Shown piece after piece: positions 58,314 to 64,000 of a DNA stretch of 64,000 nucleotides. The stretch spans positions 576,001 through 640,000 of the forward strand of contig CBDASK010000003.1 in the NCBI GenBank assembly GCA_965199495.1, in the 5' to 3' direction. A program made the translations under genes and the position numbers. The notes under the pieces are model-generated. The model was not told the DNA's origin. It saw only the letters and a list, made by a program, of their open reading frames with translations, and did not search any database. The stretch comes from Abditibacterium sp. (GTDB taxonomy: Bacteria > Armatimonadota > Abditibacteriia > Abditibacteriales > Abditibacteriaceae). Within the stretch, counting starts at the first letter, position 1; every line of letters begins with the position of its first letter.

Positions 58314-59858
58314 ATGCCACAAACCGACGCGCCAACGATTTTGCCTCTGCCCGAAACCGAGCCAGCAATCGAAGAAGATTTGCCCGAAGAACTGCTCGAA
58401 ACCGCATTCATTTTACCTTCGGACGAGCCGCTCGATACCGGCGATTTGATCGAAGCCGCCGAGGAATTATTGCGACTTGGCGCGCCGCACGACTTCGACG
58501 TGGCTGTTATCGGCGCCGGGCCGGGCGGTTTGGCGTGCGCGACGCAACTGGCGAAATCGAATTTGAAAGTCGTGATTATCGAAGACCGCGAAATCGGCGG
58601 CGTTTGCCTCAATCGCGGTTGTATTCCGACCAAAACTCTGCTCGAATCGGTCGGCGCGCTACGTTTGGTGCACCGCGCGAGTTCATTTGGCGTGGGAATT
58701 AGCGGCGAGATTTCGGTGGATTTCGCCGCGATGCAAACGCGCAAACGCGAAGTCATCGCGCGTTTGCGCGCCGTCGCGCTCGAACAGTTGCAAGACGCGG
58801 GCGTGCCGATTTTGCGCGGTCGCGCGCGCTTTGTGGACGAACATACACTCGAAATCGTCGGCCCCAATGCGCGCGAATTGACGGCGGTTCACGTCGTGAT
58901 CGCGACGGGCGGTTTGCCCTCGAAATTGCCGATCAAAGGCCGCAGTCTCGAAGGCGTTTTGACTTCCGACGAAGTTTTGCAACTCGAAAGCGTGCCGCGT
59001 TCGTTGCTGATTATCGGCGGCGGCGCAGTCGGCGTCGAGTTTGCCGCGATTTTCGCCGAAATTGGCGCGCGCGTTTGTTTATTGGAACCCGAAAACCACG
59101 TCTTGTCCGGCGAGGACGAAGAAATTGGCCAAGCCATGCGGCAAAGTCTGGAAAGGAGCGGTATCGAAATCGTGACGGGCGCGCATTTGCAGCGCATCGA
59201 AAATGGCGGCGGCGGTTTAATCGCGCATTTCGAGCGCGATGAGCAAAGCGAAAAACGCACGGCGTCGCTGGTTTTAATGGCGACGGGTCGCCACGCCAAT
59301 CTGGCCGATTTGAATTTGGATGCGGCGGGCGTGCGCAGCGAAAACGGGCACATTGACGTGGACGAAAACCTGGAAACTTCGACGGCGGGCGTGTGGGCGA
59401 TTGGCGATTGCATCCGGCGCGACGGCTGGGCGCATCAGGCCGCATGGGAAGGCCGCCGTGTCGCTGATCACATTCGCGGTCTCGAAGGTGACACTAAAAA
59501 TCAATTCATTCCAACGTGTTATTACACGTTTCCCGAAGTCGCGACAATCGGTTTGACGCTCGAATCCGCGCTCGATTTGGGCATCGAAGCGCGCGTGGGC
59601 AAAGTTTCGTTTCGCGCCAACGCGCGAACAGCCACGGCGGGCGACGAGAGCGGTTTTGCCAAAATCGTCGTCGAAATCGGAACGGATAAAATTGTGGGCG
59701 CGCAAATCATCGGGCCACGCGCGACCGAGTTAATTGGCGAAATCGCGCTCGCCATGCGCCAAGATCGAGGCGCGCAAACATTAGCCGATTCGCTGCACGC
59801 GCACCCAACGTTCGCCGAAATTTTGCCGGACGCGGCGCGCGCGGCGTTGGAAAGCTGA
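58314..59858 (+). CDS. lpdA: Dihydrolipoyl dehydrogenase-like flavoprotein
   Basis: GAGPGG, GGVCLNRGCIPTK, GGGAVGVE, HAHPTFAE. Confidence 0.88.
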   Translation: MPQTDAPTILPLPETEPAIEEDLPEELLETAFILPSDEPLDTGDLIEAAEELLRLGAPHDFDVAVIGAGPGGLACATQLAKSNLKVVIIEDREIGGVCLNRGCIPTKTLLESVGALRLVHRASSFGVGISGEISVDFAAMQTRKREVIARLRAVALEQLQDAGVPILRGRARFVDEHTLEIVGPNARELTAVHVVIATGGLPSKLPIKGRSLEGVLTSDEVLQLESVPRSLLIIGGGAVGVEFAAIFAEIGARVCLLEPENHVLSGEDEEIGQAMRQSLERSGIEIVTGAHLQRIENGGGGLIAHFERDEQSEKRTASLVLMATGRHANLADLNLDAAGVRSENGHIDVDENLETSTAGVWAIGDCIRRDGWAHQAAWEGRRVADHIRGLEGDTKNQFIPTCYYTFPEVATIGLTLESALDLGIEARVGKVSFRANARTATAGDESGFAKIVVEIGTDKIVGAQIIGPRATELIGEIALAMRQDRGAQTLADSLHAHPTFAEILPDAARAALES

Positions 59859-59859
59859 A

Positions 59860-60834
59860 TTACTCTGGCCGCAAAAACGTTTCGATTTCGGTCGACGTGG
59901 CTTTGTCGCGCAGCCAATCGCGCAACTGCAAACGCGCTTCGATTTGCTGGTGAAAGCTCGGCTCATCGCGCTTGCCGAAAGGCACATTCCACGCGATCGA
60001 ATGCGGCGCGAAAAACGCGCGCAAATGCGGTTCGCGCGCGCGCAATTTGCGAAATTTGCGCTGGCCCCAATCGGTTACGCGCCATTCGATGCCTTCGCCA
60101 ACAAAATAGGCGCGCAACCAATCGAACAACCGCGCGTTATTCGGCCCTTTCGGTCGCGGCAAATAAAGCGAGCTTTTCAAGTCGAGCGAGTAACAATTGA
60201 GATTAACGCTGGCCCATCTGCGGTCGCGGTCGCCGAAGTCGAACAAACCCGCATTCCAAATCCAGTTCATCACGCGCGCAAATTCCTCTTCGGTTCGCTG
60301 CGAGCGCCAACTTAAATGCGCGATGTCTTGGTCGGGGATGCGGCGAAAGCGAATTTCGTCGCGCACGCTGCCCGCCGCCAACTGACAACATTCGCGCGTC
60401 TCGAACGCGCCAACGGCGGGCAGATGTAAATCGGGCCACAACGCCCAAATCCGCGTCTGGTTGGGCGCAAACGCGATCCAATCGCGGCTAAACCATTCGC
60501 GCAAAATTCCAGTTCCATCGGGCGCGTAAATAAAGTGCAGCGAAAAACAATCCTGGGTTTTGCCATAGCGAACCTTGGTTTGCGCGCTAAAGCACGCGCC
60601 ATAACGACGCTCCAAAACCGCGTTTTCAAAACAAGAAATCGCCTCACTTTGTGCGCACGTTTCGAGCGAAGCCCACACCGTTGGCTCGCCTTCAACCAGT
60701 TGAAAATAAACGCGGTCTTCGTGCCATTGCACCCAGAAATCGCGCCAATCGCCGCGCCAACGCGCCATTTCGCGCGAAGTTTCGCCGGAAATTTGCGAAG
60801 GAAAAAGCGGCGCCCAGGGAATCGGAACTTTCAT
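59860..60834 (-). CDS. Hypothetical protein (Trp/Arg-rich)
   Basis: 324 aa ORF in a co-oriented run; a relic of a paralog C-terminus lies just upstream. Confidence 0.7.
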   Translation of the reverse strand: MKVPIPWAPLFPSQISGETSREMARWRGDWRDFWVQWHEDRVYFQLVEGEPTVWASLETCAQSEAISCFENAVLERRYGACFSAQTKVRYGKTQDCFSLHFIYAPDGTGILREWFSRDWIAFAPNQTRIWALWPDLHLPAVGAFETRECCQLAAGSVRDEIRFRRIPDQDIAHLSWRSQRTEEEFARVMNWIWNAGLFDFGDRDRRWASVNLNCYSLDLKSSLYLPRPKGPNNARLFDWLRAYFVGEGIEWRVTDWGQRKFRKLRAREPHLRAFFAPHSIAWNVPFGKRDEPSFHQQIEARLQLRDWLRDKATSTEIETFLRPE

Positions 60835-60836
60835 GT

Positions 60837-60899
60837 TTATTCAGCGCGCAATAATTCTTCGCTTTCGGAAGGCGTGGCTTTATCGCGCAGCCAATCGCG
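60837..60899 (-). pseudogene. 3' relic of a paralog of the 59860-60834 gene
   Basis: Translates RDWLRDKATPSESEELLRAE*, versus RDWLRDKATSTEIETFLRPE* in the intact gene. Confidence 0.75.
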
Positions 60900-60910
60900 G
60901 CACGGCAAGA

Positions 60911-61747
60911 TTAGGTGCATTGTTCATTAAGCCAAAATTGGGAGAAATCGCCTTTTGCCAAATCGTCGCGGCGAATCATAAAGTAAAGCCAACCGACATC
61001 GTGAATATCCTCGAAAAAATCGCCCGCGCCGGTATCGAGTTGCAGCAACAACACCCACTCATCAGTCGCCACCGATTCATCATAAAGCGCAAATCCATTT
61101 TGGCCTTGAATCCCGTTGGCCGCGACAACGAACGGCGAAAGTTGCGGCGCGTAAGGACACGCTAACATACGGTGCGGCGGCTTTTGCAGCACATCCCAAC
61201 CAAAGTGACTCCACTGCTTCTCGTCCCAATCCAAGTCGAGCGAGTTCAGTTCGTCTTGAGCAATAGTCCAATCTGCATCGAAACTTACGCGATGCGTGTT
61301 GAGCGCCACAATCCAATGCGAATCGGCGAGCGGCTCCAGACGACACAACGGTTCTTTTGTCCAGATAACGCGCCAACCGTCGCGTTGTTCCGGCTCTTCC
61401 CACAGCGAATTTTCCTCATCGAGCATCACGAAAAACAACAGCACGCCCTCCGGCGGCAACTGCTTTTCGATGTCTAAAAACGCGACTTCCGCCAGATTAA
61501 TCTGCGCCAGAAAAGTGTGCGATTTCCCGTTCCACATCGGCCACTCGAAACCGTCCGGCACGTCGGGCGCGCCGCCGAATTTGCTGGCACCGAGAGGAAT
61601 TTGCGCGTCATCGGCAAGCGTCGCACTCAACGCGATGGCAGGGCGCAATAACGCAATCAACTCCGCGTGCGACGACGCGGGCGCGTGAAGTCGAATCAGC
61701 GATTCAGCTTCGCGACGTTTTTGTGCGAAATTTTCGGCGGGGTTCAT
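60911..61747 (-). CDS. YwqG/DUF1963-family protein
   Basis: GASKFGGAPDVP, FLAQINL, LLLQLD, DVGWLYFMIRRDDLAKGDFS. Confidence 0.88.
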   Translation of the reverse strand: MNPAENFAQKRREAESLIRLHAPASSHAELIALLRPAIALSATLADDAQIPLGASKFGGAPDVPDGFEWPMWNGKSHTFLAQINLAEVAFLDIEKQLPPEGVLLFFVMLDEENSLWEEPEQRDGWRVIWTKEPLCRLEPLADSHWIVALNTHRVSFDADWTIAQDELNSLDLDWDEKQWSHFGWDVLQKPPHRMLACPYAPQLSPFVVAANGIQGQNGFALYDESVATDEWVLLLQLDTGAGDFFEDIHDVGWLYFMIRRDDLAKGDFSQFWLNEQCT

Positions 61748-62307
61748 AACTGATCAGCACAGGGTTCCAGCAACGCGACGAATTTGGGCAAACCTTGCAA
61801 CCGTAAGTTGGCCAAAAATTGCGGCGTTTCCAGCGCAGGATTTTTCAAGCGCGCCCTTTGATTAGCTAAAGCCGCGAGGATATTCTCGGAATATTGCGGC
61901 CATAAAGACGACAAAAAATCGTCGGGACTTTGCGCGATGATATTCCATTTATCGAGTTCACGAGACGGAAAATCTTTGAGATTAAAAGTCACGATAACCG
62001 AAGCGCGACTTTGAATCGCCGCCGCCAAAACATGACGGTCGTCGGCATCGGGCAAATTGAGCTGTTCGATCCAATGTTCGTAATTGGAAACGGACGCATT
62101 GGGAACGTGCTTTTCCATCAATTGGCGTGTTCTTTCCATATCAGAGCGTGCCACATCGGGACGATTGAGCGCGAGATTACGCATCCATTCGTCATGAATT
62201 TGGTTCGACCAATGCGGCTCGTAAATGCCAAATGTGGCGAGCGTCACCAAAACATCGCGCAAAACCGCCGAATAAAGAATATTGGCGTCAAGGAGTGCTG
62301 GTGTCAT
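61744..62307 (-). CDS. PIN-domain protein (VapC-like toxin)
   Basis: LLDANILY, IHDEW, LPDADDRHVLAAAI, IVTFNLKDFP. Confidence 0.9.
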   Translation of the reverse strand: MTPALLDANILYSAVLRDVLVTLATFGIYEPHWSNQIHDEWMRNLALNRPDVARSDMERTRQLMEKHVPNASVSNYEHWIEQLNLPDADDRHVLAAAIQSRASVIVTFNLKDFPSRELDKWNIIAQSPDDFLSSLWPQYSENILAALANQRARLKNPALETPQFLANLRLQGLPKFVALLEPCADQL

Positions 62308-62515
62308 CGTCGAGTTTCCACTCGTAAAGCCCCCATTTTTCGTTGATGCGAGTCATCTCTTCCAATCCGGCGAGTTGCTCGGCGCGCTTTGCATCGCGGC
62401 GCGCTTTTTCCAGCGCCGCCTCCAAAATGTAATCGCTCAAGTCGCGGCCTTGTTGCTGCGCGCCCGCGCGCAATTGGGCTTCGATTTCGGCGGAAACTTC
62501 CAAAGTTAATGACAT
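62288..62515 (-). CDS. Putative antitoxin (RHH-like)
   Basis: MSLTLEVSAEIEAQLRAGAQQQGRDLSDYILEAA; overlaps the PIN start. Confidence 0.7.
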   Translation of the reverse strand: MSLTLEVSAEIEAQLRAGAQQQGRDLSDYILEAALEKARRDAKRAEQLAGLEEMTRINEKWGLYEWKLDDDTSTP

Positions 62516-62566
62516 AATTTTTCCAACCTCCAAAAATCGTGACGCTTTTGATGCGCCAACATTCCC

Positions 62567-64000
62567 CTACTCTTCGCCGCGCGCCCTTCGTTTGGCGCGG
62601 CGCAAACGCTCCATCGAATCCAACTCTTCCGGCTCGACATTCTCCGGTTTGAGCGATTCGGTTTGCACTTCCGGCGCGCTCGAACGCAGCGGCGTGGCTG
62701 CTTGTCGTGGTGCGCCTGATGCGGGTGGCGCGACGGGAGAACTATCGGTTCGTGTCGGCGCGATTATCGTTTTGGCGGGCGCGGTTTCGCTGCCGCGCGC
62801 CGCGCGCTTGGCTTTGAGTTTGGCCGCGACGCTCGCATCGTCCGACGGTTTTTCGCCGCGTTTGCGCTTTAATCGTGCGGCCAAACTGTTCAGTTCGTCT
62901 TCGCCAAACACCAAACGGCGCACAGCCACGTCGAGCGGGAACAGAATCGCGGAAGCCATCAAAAGCGGCAGCCAAATATCAATGGGCAGACTGGCGGGCG
63001 ACCGTTTGCGACCGAAAACTTCGGCGGGTTTATCCAATGGCAAACGGTCGCCGCCCGCGCGTTCGCGGATGCCGTTGAGCAGGAATTCGTCGGTTCCAAT
63101 CGCGCCGTATTCGGGCGAATAGGGCAACACGCCGCCGGTGATTTGGCTACGCGTTTCCTCGCCCTTTTGCGTGCGGATGTTGACCAAATACGTGCCCAAC
63201 TGGCGCGCGTCGAATTGGGCTTCGTAACGCCCCGGCCCGATTTGATCTAAAGTCAAATCGCTGCCTTTGTAATCGGGCGTGATTAAACGCGCCTTGGGAT
63301 TGAGGAAATTGAGAAAATTGCCCTTGGAATCCACCGCTTCGATGGTGACTTTGCCGACGCCTTTGTCAATCGTGACGTTGGTTTGCAGGTCGCCCGCCGT
63401 CGTGCCGCGCATTGACCAGCGCACGCTTTGCGCCCAAAATTTGGAATAACCACTCCAACCCAACCAACCCGCCGCCCAGCGTTTGCGCGCGTCGGACGTA
63501 AACGCCACCGATTTGCCCAAACCGTATTGCCACGTCGCCAAAATCGGATCGTCTTGCTTGCTTTTTAAAACTTCTTTAGCCGTCGTTTTGGCGCTCGTTC
63601 CGACATAGCCCAGAAGTGGCGGCAAACTGCCGATGCCTTTGAGAATCGAAGAATCAACGCCGACGCGCGGCACGAACGTTTCTTCGATAATCGCGCTTCG
63701 CGAAACCGTCGCGGCTTCTTTCAAAAAGATATTAGGAATTTCCTGCGGCTTGTTGACTTTATAAAAACGACCGCCATGTTCTTTGGCGATGTTGAACATA
63801 TTGGTTACGCCCGACGGATCGTGTGGGCCGATGCAAATCGTCGAAACGGTGATTTTGGCGGCGTTGAACTTGGCGACTAAAGAAGCCACCGGCGGCGACG
63901 GATCGCCGTCGCTGAGGATAATGCAATGTTTCAGATAGGCTTTGGATGTGACCAAACCTTTGTAGGCAACTTCTAAAGCGGCGTCAAAATCGGGCATATC
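62567..64000 (-). CDS. vWA-domain membrane protein, partial (5' end outside the window)
   Basis: HCIILSDGD, VSTICIG, GGRFY (vWA C-terminal part); DPILATWQYGLGKSVAFTSD; C-terminal TM segment. Confidence 0.85.
   Translation of the reverse strand, partial: DMPDFDAALEVAYKGLVTSKAYLKHCIILSDGDPSPPVASLVAKFNAAKITVSTICIGPHDPSGVTNMFNIAKEHGGRFYKVNKPQEIPNIFLKEAATVSRSAIIEETFVPRVGVDSSILKGIGSLPPLLGYVGTSAKTTAKEVLKSKQDDPILATWQYGLGKSVAFTSDARKRWAAGWLGWSGYSKFWAQSVRWSMRGTTAGDLQTNVTIDKGVGKVTIEAVDSKGNFLNFLNPKARLITPDYKGSDLTLDQIGPGRYEAQFDARQLGTYLVNIRTQKGEETRSQITGGVLPYSPEYGAIGTDEFLLNGIRERAGGDRLPLDKPAEVFGRKRSPASLPIDIWLPLLMASAILFPLDVAVRRLVFGEDELNSLAARLKRKRGEKPSDDASVAAKLKAKRAARGSETAPAKTIIAPTRTDSSPVAPPASGAPRQAATPLRSSAPEVQTESLKPENVEPEELDSMERLRRAKRRARGEE

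Overview
This is a GC-rich bacterial chromosomal window. Its gene content, TolC/RND and secretin genes and style suggest a diderm soil-type lineage such as Abditibacteriota/Armatimonadota (inference only). The left 42 kb is accessory DNA: (i) a translationally coupled pair of giant unknown proteins (2359 aa with an internal OmpA-like domain and a DUF6603-like region, plus a >573 aa ORF missed by the ORF track); (ii) two secreted carbohydrate-type genes and a LacI remnant; (iii) a two-component/PepSY/YncE/COG4705/PAP2/RND island with 11-bp phased boxes and an IS982-like element; (iv) an apparent operon of a divergent secretin, patatin, HExxH metallopeptidase and MBL-fold hydrolase; (v) four tandem paralogs of an unknown helical protein interrupted by a MazF-type toxin-antitoxin (TA) pair. 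The right part is more housekeeping: GH27, infC with a probable ATA start, a Cpx-like two-component system, rpmI-rplT, a CNNM/CBS protein, tRNA-Thr(CGT), dodecin, cruF/lyeJ-like C50 carotenoid genes, pyrH, tmRNA, lpdA, a PIN-type TA pair and a partial vWA protein. At DNA level there are at least eight unrelated REP/REPIN-like inverted repeats, two of which contain nested MITEs with target duplications. A 9-mer, AGCAGCCAC, is strongly over-represented. No CRISPR array, rRNA or prophage was seen. Family assignments are from motif recognition by eye, not from database searches.
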